A stretch of 64,000 nucleotides of DNA, taken from contig NZ_CAXTHR010000002.1 of the NCBI RefSeq assembly GCF_964244095.1, positions 1,645-65,644 on the forward strand. The letters are read 5' to 3'. Source of the stretch: an uncultured Methylobacterium sp. (GTDB taxonomy: Bacteria > Pseudomonadota > Alphaproteobacteria > Rhizobiales > Beijerinckiaceae). Both the position numbers and the translations under genes were made by a program. Below, one piece after another: positions 40,456 to 50,316 of the stretch. Positions within the stretch are counted from its first letter, which is position 1. The number at the start of each line of letters is the position of its first letter. The notes beneath the pieces were generated by a model. The model searched no databases. It was given only the letters and a program-made list of their open reading frames with translations, and was not told where the DNA came from.

Positions 40456-43400
40456 ATGAACCCGTCGCGCCTCTTCATCCTGCGCCCCGTCGCGACCACG
40501 CTGCTGATGCTGGCGATCCTGATCGTCGGCGGGGTGTCGTACCTGAACCTGCCGGTCTCGGCGCTGCCGTCGGTCGATTACCCGACGATCCAGGTGCAGA
40601 CGTTCTATCCCGGCGCCAGCCCCGAGGTGATGACCTCGGCGGTGACCGCGCCGCTGGAGCGGCAGTTCGGCCAACTGGCCAACCTCAACCAGATGACCTC
40701 GCAATCCTCGGCCGGCGCGTCGGTGATCACACTGCAGTTCAACCTCGATCTGCCGCTCGACATTGCCGAGCAGCAGGTCCAGGCGGCGATCAACGCCGCC
40801 GGCAACCTGCTGCCATCCGATCTGCCGGCGCCGCCGATCTACGCGAAGGTCAACCCCGCCGACGCGCCGGTGCTCACGCTCGCGCTGACCTCGAAGACCC
40901 TGCCGCTGACGCAGGTGCGCGATCTCGCCGAGACGCGGCTCGCCCAGAAGATCAGCCAAGTGGCGGGCGTCGGGCTGGTCAGCATCTCCGGCGGCCAGCG
41001 GCCGGCGGTGCGGGTGCGCTTCAACGCGCGGGCGCTGGCCGCCTACGGCCTCAACATCGACGATTTGCGCACCACGATCACCAACCTCAACGTCAACACG
41101 CCCAAAGGCAGCATCGACGGGCTCAAGCAGTCCTACGCGATCAACGCCAACGACCAGATCCAGGACCCGAAGGCCTACGACGACGCGATCATCGCCTACA
41201 AGAACGGCGGCCCGGTCAAGCTCTCGGATGTCGCCGACGTGGTGCAGGGGCCGGAGAACACCAAGCTCGGCGCCTGGGCCGACGCGACGCCGGCGATCAT
41301 CCTCAACATCCAGCGCCAGCCCGGCGCCAACGTCATCGCGACGGTGGACAAGATCAAGGCGCTGCTGCCCCAGCTCCAGGCGAGCCTGCCCGGCGCGATC
41401 CAGGTGGGCCTGCTCACCGACCGCACGGTGACGATCCGCGCCTCGGTCGAGGACGTGCAGTTCGAGCTGGGGCTGGCCGTCGCGCTCGTGGTGCTCGTCA
41501 TCTTCCTGTTCCTGCGCAGCCTGTCGGCCACCCTGATCCCGAGCCTGTCGGTGCCGCTCTCGCTCATCGGCGCGCTCGCGGTGATGGACCTCTACGGCTT
41601 CTCGCTCGACAACCTCTCGCTGATGGCGCTCACCATCGCCACCGGCTTCGTCGTCGACGACGCCATCGTGGTGATCGAGAACATCTCCCGCCACGTCGAG
41701 GACGGGGATTCCCCGCTCGAGGCCGCGCTGAAGGGCTCGCGCGAGATCGGCTTCACCATCATCTCGCTCACCGTGTCGCTGATCGCGGTGCTGATCCCGC
41801 TCCTGTTCATGGGCGACGTGGTCGGGCGCCTGTTCCACGAATTCGCGATCACCTTGGCCGCCACCATCGTCATCTCGGCGGTGGTCTCGCTGACGCTGGT
41901 GCCGATGCTGTGCGCGCGGCTGCTCAGGCACGTGCCGCAGGCCGAGCGCCGCCGCGAGGGGGCGTTGAGCCGCATGGGCCGGCGCGCCACCGAGGGCGTC
42001 ATCGCCTCCTACGGGCGCTCCCTGACGGTGGTGCTGAACCACCAGGGCCTGACGCTCGTGGCCACGCTCGCCACGGTGGCGCTCACCGCCTACCTGTTCG
42101 TGGTGATCCCCAAGGGCTTCTTTCCGGTGCAGGACACCGGCGTGATCCAGGGGATCACGCAAGGGGACCAGACGCTGTCCTACGCCGCGATGGCCGAGCG
42201 CCAGCAGCGCATCGCCGCCATCATCCTCAAGGACCCGGATGTCGCCAACCTGTCCTCGTTCATCGGCGTCGACGGCCAGAACGTGACGCTGAATTCCGGC
42301 CGCTTCCTGATCAACCTGAAACCGCACGCCGAGCGCGGCGCCAGGAATGACGGCAAGGTCGGCGACATCATCCGCCGCATCCAGGCCGCCACCGCCGACG
42401 TCGCGGGCCTGCGCCTGTACATGCAGCCGGTGCAGGATCTGACCATCGACACCGCGGTCTCGGCGACGCAGTACCAGGTGATCCTGGAGACGCCCAACCT
42501 CGACGACTTCGAGACCTGGGTGCCGCGCTTCACCGACGCGCTCTCCCGGTCGCCGGTGGTGGCGGACGTGGCGAGCGACCACCAGGGCCAGGGGCTCGCC
42601 GCCTACGTCACCATCGACCGGCCGACGGCGGGCCGCTACGGCATCACCCCGGCGACCATCGACAACGCCCTCTACGACGCCTTCGGCCAGCGCATCATCT
42701 CGACGATCTTCACGCAGACGAACCAGTACCGGGTGATCCTCGAAGCCGACCCGGACCTGCACAGGACGCTGGACAGCCTGAACGCGATCCACCTGCCCTC
42801 CTCCACCGTGACGAGCGGACAGGTGCCGCTCTCGGCGGTGGCCACCGTCAGCGAGCGCCGGGCGCCGCTTCTGATCTCCCATCTCGGCCAGTTCCCGGCC
42901 ACCACCGTATCGTTCAACCTCGCCCCCGGCGCGGCGCTCGGCCAGGCGGTGGACGCCGTCGAGGAGGCGCGGAAAAGCATCGACTTGCCGCCGAGCTTCC
43001 GCGTCGTGCCGCAGGGGTCGGTGTTCGCCTTCCAGTCGGCGCTCGGAAACGAGCTGTTCCTGGTGCTGGCCGCGATCGTTACCGTCTACATCGTGCTCGG
43101 CGTGCTCTACGAGAGCTTCATCCATCCGATCACCATCCTCTCGACGCTTCCGTCGGCGGGCATCGGGGCGCTGCTCGGATTGATGCTCTTCGGGCTGTCG
43201 CTCGACATCATCGCGATCATCGGCATCGTGCTCCTGATCGGCATCGTGAAGAAGAACGCGATCATGATGATCGACTTCGCGCTCCAGGCCGAGCGCGAGG
43301 CGGGCATGTCCCCGCGCGACGCAATCTACGAGGCGTGCCTGCTGCGCTTCCGCCCGATCCTGATGACGACGCTGGCCGCGCTGTTTGCCGCGATCCCGCT

Positions 43401-43590
43401 GATCGCCGGCACCGGCGTCGGCTCGGAGCTGCGCCAGCCGCTCGGCATCGTCATCGCGGGCGGGCTGATCGTCTCCCAGGTGCTGACGCTGTTCACCACG
43501 CCGGTGATCTACCTCGCCTTCGACCGCCTGGAGCGGCGGATTATGGGCCGCAGGGAGCCCGACCTGTCGGCGGGCGAGGCGCTGCCGTGA
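40456..43590 (+). CDS. mdtB: RND multidrug efflux permease (MdtB-like)
   Basis: 1044 aa. It has the AcrB/MdtB N-terminus [18 protein letters not shown], 12 TM segments and two large periplasmic loops. Confidence 0.95.
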   Translation: MNPSRLFILRPVATTLLMLAILIVGGVSYLNLPVSALPSVDYPTIQVQTFYPGASPEVMTSAVTAPLERQFGQLANLNQMTSQSSAGASVITLQFNLDLPLDIAEQQVQAAINAAGNLLPSDLPAPPIYAKVNPADAPVLTLALTSKTLPLTQVRDLAETRLAQKISQVAGVGLVSISGGQRPAVRVRFNARALAAYGLNIDDLRTTITNLNVNTPKGSIDGLKQSYAINANDQIQDPKAYDDAIIAYKNGGPVKLSDVADVVQGPENTKLGAWADATPAIILNIQRQPGANVIATVDKIKALLPQLQASLPGAIQVGLLTDRTVTIRASVEDVQFELGLAVALVVLVIFLFLRSLSATLIPSLSVPLSLIGALAVMDLYGFSLDNLSLMALTIATGFVVDDAIVVIENISRHVEDGDSPLEAALKGSREIGFTIISLTVSLIAVLIPLLFMGDVVGRLFHEFAITLAATIVISAVVSLTLVPMLCARLLRHVPQAERRREGALSRMGRRATEGVIASYGRSLTVVLNHQGLTLVATLATVALTAYLFVVIPKGFFPVQDTGVIQGITQGDQTLSYAAMAERQQRIAAIILKDPDVANLSSFIGVDGQNVTLNSGRFLINLKPHAERGARNDGKVGDIIRRIQAATADVAGLRLYMQPVQDLTIDTAVSATQYQVILETPNLDDFETWVPRFTDALSRSPVVADVASDHQGQGLAAYVTIDRPTAGRYGITPATIDNALYDAFGQRIISTIFTQTNQYRVILEADPDLHRTLDSLNAIHLPSSTVTSGQVPLSAVATVSERRAPLLISHLGQFPATTVSFNLAPGAALGQAVDAVEEARKSIDLPPSFRVVPQGSVFAFQSALGNELFLVLAAIVTVYIVLGVLYESFIHPITILSTLPSAGIGALLGLMLFGLSLDIIAIIGIVLLIGIVKKNAIMMIDFALQAEREAGMSPRDAIYEACLLRFRPILMTTLAALFAAIPLIAGTGVGSELRQPLGIVIAGGLIVSQVLTLFTTPVIYLAFDRLERRIMGRREPDLSAGEALP

Positions 43591-43609
43591 GGGAGCGCGC
43601 GACGGATCC

Positions 43610-43818
43610 GCGCATCCCCTCGCCCCGCTTGCGGGGAGAGGGCCGCGACGACCTCGTCGTCGTCGCGGCGAGGCGGCAGCCGAAGGTGAGGGGGCCGGGG
43701 CAGATGCGCCTCCTCCGTTCGCGCCCCCTCACCCCCGCTTCGGCTTCGCCTGCGCTCCCCGCATGCACGACAGGGTGCATGCGGGCCTCTCCCCGCACGC
43801 GGGGAGAGGGGGACCGCG
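43610..43818 (-). repeat. family B element, copy B3 (mdtB-mdtC gap, inverted orientation)
   Basis: It begins GCGCATCCCCTCGCCCCGCTTGCGGGGAGAGGG, the reverse complement of the right end of B2 and B4. The internal modules are in mirrored order. Confidence 0.9.
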
Positions 43819-43843
43819 TCGCGAACCGCGCGGGCCTCCGGCC

Positions 43844-46800
43844 ATGAACATCTCCGAGCCCTTCATCCGCCGGCCCGTCGCGACCACGCTGCTCACCCTC
43901 GGCGTGCTGCTCGCCGGCATGTTCGCGTTCCTGAAGCTCCCCGTCGCGCCGCTGCCGCAGGTCGACTTTCCCGTCATCCTCGTCCAGGCGCAGATGCCGG
44001 GCGCGTCGCCTGAGACCATGGCGCAGACGGTGGCAGCCCCCCTGGAGCGCCGGCTCGGGGCCATCGCCGACGTCAACGAGATGACCTCGACGAGCTCGAC
44101 CGGCAGCGTGCGCATCGTGCTGCTGTTCGGGCTGAACCGCAACATCGACGGCGCCGCCCGCGATGTCCAGGCGGCGATCAACGCCGCGCGCGCCGACCTG
44201 CCGACGGCGCTCCGCCAGAACCCGACCTACCGGAAGTTCAACCCGGCCGACACGCCGATCGTCATCCTCGGCATGACCTCGGACACCCTGACCCCGGGCC
44301 AGCTCTACGATGCCGGCGCCACGGTGGTGCAGCAGAAGCTCTCGCAGCTCTCCGGCGTCGGCAACGTCGACATCGGCGGCTCGTCGCTGCCCGCCGTCCG
44401 GGTCGAGCTCGATCCGACCGCCCTGTTCCATTACGGCATCGGCCTGGAGGGCATCCGCGCGGCCCTGGCCTCGGCCAACGCCAACGCGCCCAAGGGCGCG
44501 ATCGAGGCCGGGGACCGGCGCTACCAGCTCTACGCCAACGACCAGGGCCGCAAGGCCGAGGATTACCGCGACATCGTCGTGGCCTACCGCAACGGCGCCG
44601 GCGTGCGCCTCACCGACGTCGGCCAGGTGATCGACTCGGTCGAGGACCGGCGCAACCTCGGAGTGGTCAACGGGCGCCAGGGCGTGCTGCTGTTCGTCTA
44701 CAAGCAGCCGGGCTCCAACGTCGTCGAGACGATCAACGGCGTGAAGGCGGCGCTGCCGCAGATCGTCTCGGCACTGCCCGGCGGCATCGACGTCAAGCTC
44801 ACCGGCGACCGCAGCGCGACGATCCGGGCGTCGCTGGCCGCCACGGAGGAGACGCTGCTGATCGCGGTGGGCCTCGTGATCCTCGTGGTGTTCGCGTTCC
44901 TGCGCTCGGGGCGCGCCACCCTGATCCCGGCGGTGGCGGTGCCGATCTCGATCGTCGGCACCTTCTCGGCGATGTACCTGCTCGGCTACTCGCTCAACAT
45001 CCTGTCGCTGATGGCGCTGATCATCGGCACCGGCTTCGTCGTCGACGACGCCATCGTCGTGCTGGAGAACGTCCAGCGCCATATCGAGATGGGCAAGTCG
45101 CGCGTCGCGGCGGCGCTGGTGGGCGCGCGCGAGGTCGGCTTCACGGTGATCTCGATGAGCCTGTCGCTCATCGCCGTGTTCCTGCCGATCCTGCTGATGG
45201 GCGGGCTGATCGGGCGCATCTTCCAGGAATTCGCGGTGACCCTGTCGCTGGCGATCCTGATCTCGCTGGCGCTCTCGCTCACCACCACGCCGATGATGTG
45301 CGCGCTCCTGCTGCGGCCGGAGGCGCACGGGGCCAAGCGCCCGAACCTGCTGATCCGCGCCCTGGAGGGCGCCTTCACCCGCACGCTCGCCGCCTACGAG
45401 CGCAGCCTGCGCGTCGCGCTGCGCCGTCCCCGCCTCGTGCTGCTGACGCTCGCCGCGACGATCGGGCTCAACGTCTGGCTCTACGTCATCGTGCCCAAGG
45501 GCTTCTTTCCCGAGCAGGATACGGGGCAGATGATGGGCGGCGTCCAGGCCGACCAGCGCATCTCGTTCCAGGCGATGGAGAAGAAGCTCAAGGAGGCCGC
45601 TGCGATCGTGCAGGCCGACCCGGCGGTGGACAGCGTCGTCGGCTTCACCGGCGGGCGCGGCACCAACTCGGCCAACGTGTTCATCGGCCTGAAGCCCCGC
45701 GGCCGGCGCGATTCGATCACCGAGGTGTCGAACCGCCTGCGCCCGAAGCTGTCGCAGGTGGCGGGCGCGCGCCTCTACGTGTTCCCGCGCCAGGACCTGC
45801 AGATGGGCGGGCGCCAGAGCTTCTCGCAGTTCCAGTACACCCTCCAGGGCGATACCGCGGCCGAGCTCTACGCCGCGGCGCCGAAGCTGGTGCAGGCGCT
45901 CCAGGCGGACCCGACGTTTGCCGACGTCACCTCCGACCAGCAGGAGGGCGGGCTGGAGAGCCGGCTGGTGATCGACCGCGCCACCGCCTTCCGCTACGGC
46001 ATCACGCCGGACAAGATCGACAACACCCTCTACGACGCCTTCGGCCAGCGCCAGGTCTCGACGATCTACAACCCGCTCAACCAGTACCACGTCGTGATGG
46101 AGATCGCCCCGCGCTACCTCGAGAGCCCGGAGACCCTCAAGCAGCTCTACGTCTCGACCTCTGGGGGCAAGGCCCGGGGCTCGGCCACCACCAACGCGGT
46201 CGCCGGCACGGTGGCAGCGGCAGGCGGCGCGGCCACGCCCTCGGCGAGCACGGCCGACGCCGCCTCGAACGCCGCCGCGATCGCCTCGGATTCGGCCCGC
46301 AACGCCGCCTCGAACGCGATCGCGGCCTCGAAAGGCGGCGCCTCGTCGAGCGCGCCGGTCTCGTCGGCCGTGGAGACGATGGTCCCGCTCTCGGCCTTCA
46401 CCCGGCTGGAGACCGGCAGCGCGCCGGTGCAGGTGAGCCACCAGGGCCTGTTCGTGGCCACCACGATCTCGTTCAACCTCGCGCCGGGAAAAAGCCTGTC
46501 GGACGCGACCGCGGCGATCGATGCGGCGATGGCATCCTTGCGGCTGCCGGCGACGATTCACGGCGAGTACGCGGGGGCCGCCAAGAACTACGTCGCCTCG
46601 ACCTCGCGCCAGCCGCTCTTGATCCTGGCCGCGATCCTGGCCGTCTACGCGATCCTCGGCATCCTCTACGAGAGCTTCGTGCACCCGATCACGATCCTCT
46701 CGACGCTGCCGTCCGCCGGCATCGGCGCGCTGCTGGCGCTGCTGGTGACCGGCACCGAGTTCACGATCATCGCGCTCATCGCGGTGTTCCTGCTCATCGG

Positions 46801-47149
46801 CATCGTCAAGAAGAATGCCATCCTGATGATCGACTTCGCGCTGGACGCCGAGCGCACGCGGGGCGCCGCCCCGCAGGAGGCGATCTTCGAGGCCTGCCTC
46901 TTGCGCTTCCGCCCGATCATGATGACAACGCTCGCCGCGCTGCTGGGCGCGGCGCCGCTGATCCTCGGCCGCGGCGAGGGCTCCGAGCTGCGCCGGCCGC
47001 TCGGCATCGCGATCGCCGGCGGCCTGATCGTGAGCCAGATCCTGACCCTCTACACCACCCCCGTCGTCTACCTGTACCTCGACCGCCTCCGGCACCGGGT
47101 GCGGGCGGGGCGCCGCACGAACGGCGCGGCGCTGCCGGCGGGCGAGTGA
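43844..47149 (+). CDS. mdtC: RND multidrug efflux permease (MdtC-like) with an Ala/Ser-rich insertion
   Basis: Start at [17 protein letters not shown]. 1101 aa with RND architecture. An extra low-complexity segment of about 65 aa lies at roughly 46174-46382. Confidence 0.95.
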   Translation: MNISEPFIRRPVATTLLTLGVLLAGMFAFLKLPVAPLPQVDFPVILVQAQMPGASPETMAQTVAAPLERRLGAIADVNEMTSTSSTGSVRIVLLFGLNRNIDGAARDVQAAINAARADLPTALRQNPTYRKFNPADTPIVILGMTSDTLTPGQLYDAGATVVQQKLSQLSGVGNVDIGGSSLPAVRVELDPTALFHYGIGLEGIRAALASANANAPKGAIEAGDRRYQLYANDQGRKAEDYRDIVVAYRNGAGVRLTDVGQVIDSVEDRRNLGVVNGRQGVLLFVYKQPGSNVVETINGVKAALPQIVSALPGGIDVKLTGDRSATIRASLAATEETLLIAVGLVILVVFAFLRSGRATLIPAVAVPISIVGTFSAMYLLGYSLNILSLMALIIGTGFVVDDAIVVLENVQRHIEMGKSRVAAALVGAREVGFTVISMSLSLIAVFLPILLMGGLIGRIFQEFAVTLSLAILISLALSLTTTPMMCALLLRPEAHGAKRPNLLIRALEGAFTRTLAAYERSLRVALRRPRLVLLTLAATIGLNVWLYVIVPKGFFPEQDTGQMMGGVQADQRISFQAMEKKLKEAAAIVQADPAVDSVVGFTGGRGTNSANVFIGLKPRGRRDSITEVSNRLRPKLSQVAGARLYVFPRQDLQMGGRQSFSQFQYTLQGDTAAELYAAAPKLVQALQADPTFADVTSDQQEGGLESRLVIDRATAFRYGITPDKIDNTLYDAFGQRQVSTIYNPLNQYHVVMEIAPRYLESPETLKQLYVSTSGGKARGSATTNAVAGTVAAAGGAATPSASTADAASNAAAIASDSARNAASNAIAASKGGASSSAPVSSAVETMVPLSAFTRLETGSAPVQVSHQGLFVATTISFNLAPGKSLSDATAAIDAAMASLRLPATIHGEYAGAAKNYVASTSRQPLLILAAILAVYAILGILYESFVHPITILSTLPSAGIGALLALLVTGTEFTIIALIAVFLLIGIVKKNAILMIDFALDAERTRGAAPQEAIFEACLLRFRPIMMTTLAALLGAAPLILGRGEGSELRRPLGIAIAGGLIVSQILTLYTTPVVYLYLDRLRHRVRAGRRTNGAALPAGE

Positions 47150-47174
47150 GTCGATTGTCGATAAAACCTCAAAG

Positions 47175-48881
47175 GTGCGTGCGTCCCCCTCTCCCCGCTT
47201 GCGGGGAGAGGGCCGCCTGCACCTCGTCGTGCAGGCAGCGAGCGGAAGCGAAGGTGAGGGGGCTTCGACGGGCGTGACATCGTCGGATACGCCCCCTCAC
47301 CCTTGGCTGCCGCCTCGCCGCGCCGACGACGAGGTCGTCGCAGCCCTCTCCCCGCAAGCGGGGAGAGGGGATGCGCGGGCCGTCGCTGCGCGCGTCCTTC
47401 GGACCGCAGCACTCCTCGCCCTCACGACATCCCTCACCGCCTGCGTCGTCGGCCCCGACTACGCCCGCCCCTCCGTCGAGACGCCGCTGGGCTTCAAGCA
47501 GGGCGGCGCCCGCGAGGACGGTGCCGCCGACGTGGCGGCCCGCAAGAACTGGCGCCCAGCCGCGCCCAACGACGGGGCCGAGCGCGGCGACTGGTGGCGG
47601 GTGTTCCGCGATCCCGCACTCGACCGGCTGATCCGCCTCGTCGACGTCGACAACCAGTCCTTGCGCCAGTCGGTCGCCAATTACCGGCAGGCCCGCGCCC
47701 TCGTGGAGCAGGCCCAGGCCGCCCTCTACCCCACGGTGATCGGCGCGCCGAGTATCACCCGCTCGCGCACGGGCGGCGCCGAGCGCACCAGCGTCTCGAT
47801 CCAGGGACAGGCGAGCTGGGAGCTCGACCTGTTCGGGCGCATCCGGCGCACCATCGAGAGCGAGACCGCCCTGGCGCAGGCGGACGCGGCGACGCTCGGC
47901 CTCGTGCGGCTCACCATCCAGGCGGAGGTCGCGAGCAACTACCTGTCGCTGCGCTACGCCGATTCGCTCCAGCGGGTGCTCAACGCCAACGTCGAGAACT
48001 TCAAGCGCACGCTGGCCATCGCCGAGAACCAGTACGCGGCCGGCGTCGCCGCGCGCTCCGACGTGATCACCGCGCAGACGCAGGTGCAGAGCACGCAGGC
48101 CGCAGCCATCGCCGTCGCGCTGACGCGGGCGACCTACGAGCACGCCCTGGCCACGCTGATCGGGCGCCCGCCCTCGGAGCTGTCGCTGCCGGTGGCGCCG
48201 CTGGCCGCAAACCCTCCCGCGGTGCCGGTCGGCATCCCCTCCGCCCTGCTGGAGCGCCGCCCCGACGTGGCCCAGGCCGAGCGCAGCGTCCAGGCGGCGA
48301 GCGAGCAGATCGGCGTCGCGGTGGCGGCGCTCTACCCCAGCGTGCAGCTCTCGGCCTCGGGCGGCCTCGCGGGCCTGACGCGCAACGGCCTGCTCTCGGC
48401 GGCCAACCAGGTCTGGTCGGTGACGGCGGCGGGCAGCGAGGTGCTGTTCGACGGCGGCGCGCGCTCGGCGGCGATCACCGCCGCGCGGGCGGCCTACGAC
48501 GCCGCGGTGGCGAACTACCGGCAGACGGTGCTCACCGCCTTCGCCGAGGTCGAGAACGGGCTCGCCGGCGTGCGCATCCTCGCCCGCCAGCAGGTGGCGC
48601 AGGACGAGGCCCTGGCCTCGGCCCGCCGCGCGGTCGAGATCACCCTCAACGAGTACCGCGCCGGCACCCAGAACTTCACCACCGTGGTCACGGCCCAGGC
48701 GCTGGCGCTCAACAACGAGGTCGCCGCGCTCCAGGTGCGGCTGTCGCGCTTCACCACCGCCGTCGGCCTGATCCGGGCGCTCGGCGGCGGCTGGGACGCG
48801 CGCGCGCTCCCGAGCGATGCCGAGCTGAAGGGCCCGCGCCTGCCGATCGACCTGTCGCCGGCCGTCCAGCCGACCGAGTGA
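47175..48881 (+). CDS. NodT-family outer-membrane efflux lipoprotein; start codon uncertain
   Basis: It has the lipobox LTAC followed by VVGPDYARP and two OEP repeats. The ORF is open back through element B4 to a GTG at 47175. No in-frame ATG/GTG/TTG lies between 47275 and the lipobox. Confidence 0.85.
   Translation: MRASPSPRLRGEGRLHLVVQAASGSEGEGASTGVTSSDTPPHPWLPPRRADDEVVAALSPQAGRGDARAVAARVLRTAALLALTTSLTACVVGPDYARPSVETPLGFKQGGAREDGAADVAARKNWRPAAPNDGAERGDWWRVFRDPALDRLIRLVDVDNQSLRQSVANYRQARALVEQAQAALYPTVIGAPSITRSRTGGAERTSVSIQGQASWELDLFGRIRRTIESETALAQADAATLGLVRLTIQAEVASNYLSLRYADSLQRVLNANVENFKRTLAIAENQYAAGVAARSDVITAQTQVQSTQAAAIAVALTRATYEHALATLIGRPPSELSLPVAPLAANPPAVPVGIPSALLERRPDVAQAERSVQAASEQIGVAVAALYPSVQLSASGGLAGLTRNGLLSAANQVWSVTAAGSEVLFDGGARSAAITAARAAYDAAVANYRQTVLTAFAEVENGLAGVRILARQQVAQDEALASARRAVEITLNEYRAGTQNFTTVVTAQALALNNEVAALQVRLSRFTTAVGLIRALGGGWDARALPSDAELKGPRLPIDLSPAVQPTE
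47177..47376 (+). repeat. family B element, copy B4 (mdtC-OMF gap)
   Basis: Same ends and modules as B1 and B2. It ends GGGGAGAGGGGATGCGC. Confidence 0.9.
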
Positions 48882-48892
48882 GGCGGACGGCT

Positions 48893-48914
48893 CGGGGCGC
48901 GAGGCCGCGCCCCG
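48893..48914. terminator. GC hairpin between convergent genes (possible bidirectional terminator)
   Basis: CGGGGCGCG-AGGC-CGCGCCCCG. There is no U-tract, so the call is weak. Confidence 0.3.
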
Positions 48915-48923
48915 TCCCTCCGG

Positions 48924-50009
48924 TCAGGCGGCCCGGCCCGCGCGCGCGCCGTCGGCGAGGCCCGGTTCGGGCGGGCGCCCCGGCGCGTCGAGCCACCGCC
49001 GGCGCAGGCGCGCGCAGGGCCGCTCGACGGCGGCCTGCATCAGCGCGCAGAACGCCAGCGTCGGCGGCAGGCCGGCGGCGATCAGGACGAGGGGTCCCGA
49101 ACCCGGGCGCAGGTGCTGGATCAGCGCGATCACCGTCGGGTGGACGAGGTAGAAGCTGTACGACCACAGCCCGAGCCGGCGCATCGGCGCCGAGCCGAGC
49201 CAGCGCACGAGCGCGCCGCGCCCGTGGAGGAGCGCCGCGAAGGGTACGAACAGGGCCGCGCTCTGCACGGTGTAGCGCAGGCTCTCGCGGAAGGCGGGGT
49301 CGCGGACCGCCAGCGTAGCGAGGATCACGAGGCCCGCCGCCGCCACGTGCCAGGGCTTCGGCCGCCAGGCACGGTCGCCCGGCACGACCGGGTTGTTCCA
49401 CAGGCCGAGGCAGCAGCCGAACAGGATCGCGTCGATCCGCGTGTGCGTCCAGGAATAGTTCAGGCTGTAGTCGGCAAGCCGCCAGACGTTGAGGCAGCGG
49501 ACCGCGAGCACGAGGCCGCAGACGGAAAGGCACGCGAGCGCCGCCCGGCCGGGCGACCGGCGCCCGAGCCAGAGCGCGAAGGCCACCGGGAAGGCGAAGT
49601 AGAAGTGCTCCTCGATGGCCAGACTCCAGAGCGGTACCGGCAGCACCCGCTCGGTGCCGAACAGGGCGGGATAGTTCGTCAGGAACGTCGCCTGCCCGAG
49701 CACCGCCACGGCGTCGACATGCATCCAGTCGAGGAGACCGAGCCCGTAGAGCAGGCCGGAGACGGCGAGCGTCAGGTACATCGGCGGCAGGATGCGCAGG
49801 GCGCGCCGCAGGTAGAACGCGCCGAGCGACACGCCCCCGGTCGCCGCCCGCTCGATCCGAAGCAGGGTGGTGATCAGGTAGCCGGACAGGAAGAAGAACA
49901 CCGTGACGCCAAAACCGCCGGGCACGACGTGGCTCAGCCCGCAATGGGCGAGGTAGACGATCAGGATCGCGAGCGCCCGCACCCCGTCGAGCTGCGGCAG
50001 GTCGGGCAT
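48924..50009 (-). CDS. acyltransferase family 3 (OafA/YrhL-like) membrane protein
   Basis: Start at MPDLPQLDGVRALAILIVYLAHC. It contains GVTVFFFLSGYLIT and about 10 TM segments. Confidence 0.85.
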   Translation of the reverse strand: MPDLPQLDGVRALAILIVYLAHCGLSHVVPGGFGVTVFFFLSGYLITTLLRIERAATGGVSLGAFYLRRALRILPPMYLTLAVSGLLYGLGLLDWMHVDAVAVLGQATFLTNYPALFGTERVLPVPLWSLAIEEHFYFAFPVAFALWLGRRSPGRAALACLSVCGLVLAVRCLNVWRLADYSLNYSWTHTRIDAILFGCCLGLWNNPVVPGDRAWRPKPWHVAAAGLVILATLAVRDPAFRESLRYTVQSAALFVPFAALLHGRGALVRWLGSAPMRRLGLWSYSFYLVHPTVIALIQHLRPGSGPLVLIAAGLPPTLAFCALMQAAVERPCARLRRRWLDAPGRPPEPGLADGARAGRAA

Positions 50010-50316
50010 CGCGGCCGGGATCTTCGGGGCGGGGTCGAGGGCTGGGATGGCGGGGCTCCATGAGATTCTGGACGATCGCATGGGAGCGGAAATTTTTCGT
50101 GCCGCCCATCCGCATCGGAACCGGAGCGGGTGCGACAGGGAAGGATGCATGCCATCGCCGGAAGCCCCGGCCTGCCCCTCCCCCCTTGCGAAGCGGGTCG
50201 GGCGACGACCGCGCGCGTCGGCGAAGGCCGCCGTCGCACAGGGGATTGGTAACCCTCCCCTCGCATCATCGCGCCCGGAACCGCCGCGGCGCGGAGCCGA
50301 GACCGGGATTCGCGTG

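Noticed and set aside
40039-47095. Very long antisense ORFs. Examples are 40039-43125 and 43541-47095 on the minus strand opposite mdtB/mdtC, 11670-14039 opposite leuS, 28344-30530 opposite kup, 30827-33130 opposite the NCS1 permease, and 52514-54964 overlapping the Pat-type gene in another frame.
   Set aside because: Their translations are Arg/Gly/Pro/Asp-rich and domain-free, while the opposite strand or alternative frame encodes unmistakable conserved proteins. Stop-poor alternative frames are expected at about 70% GC.
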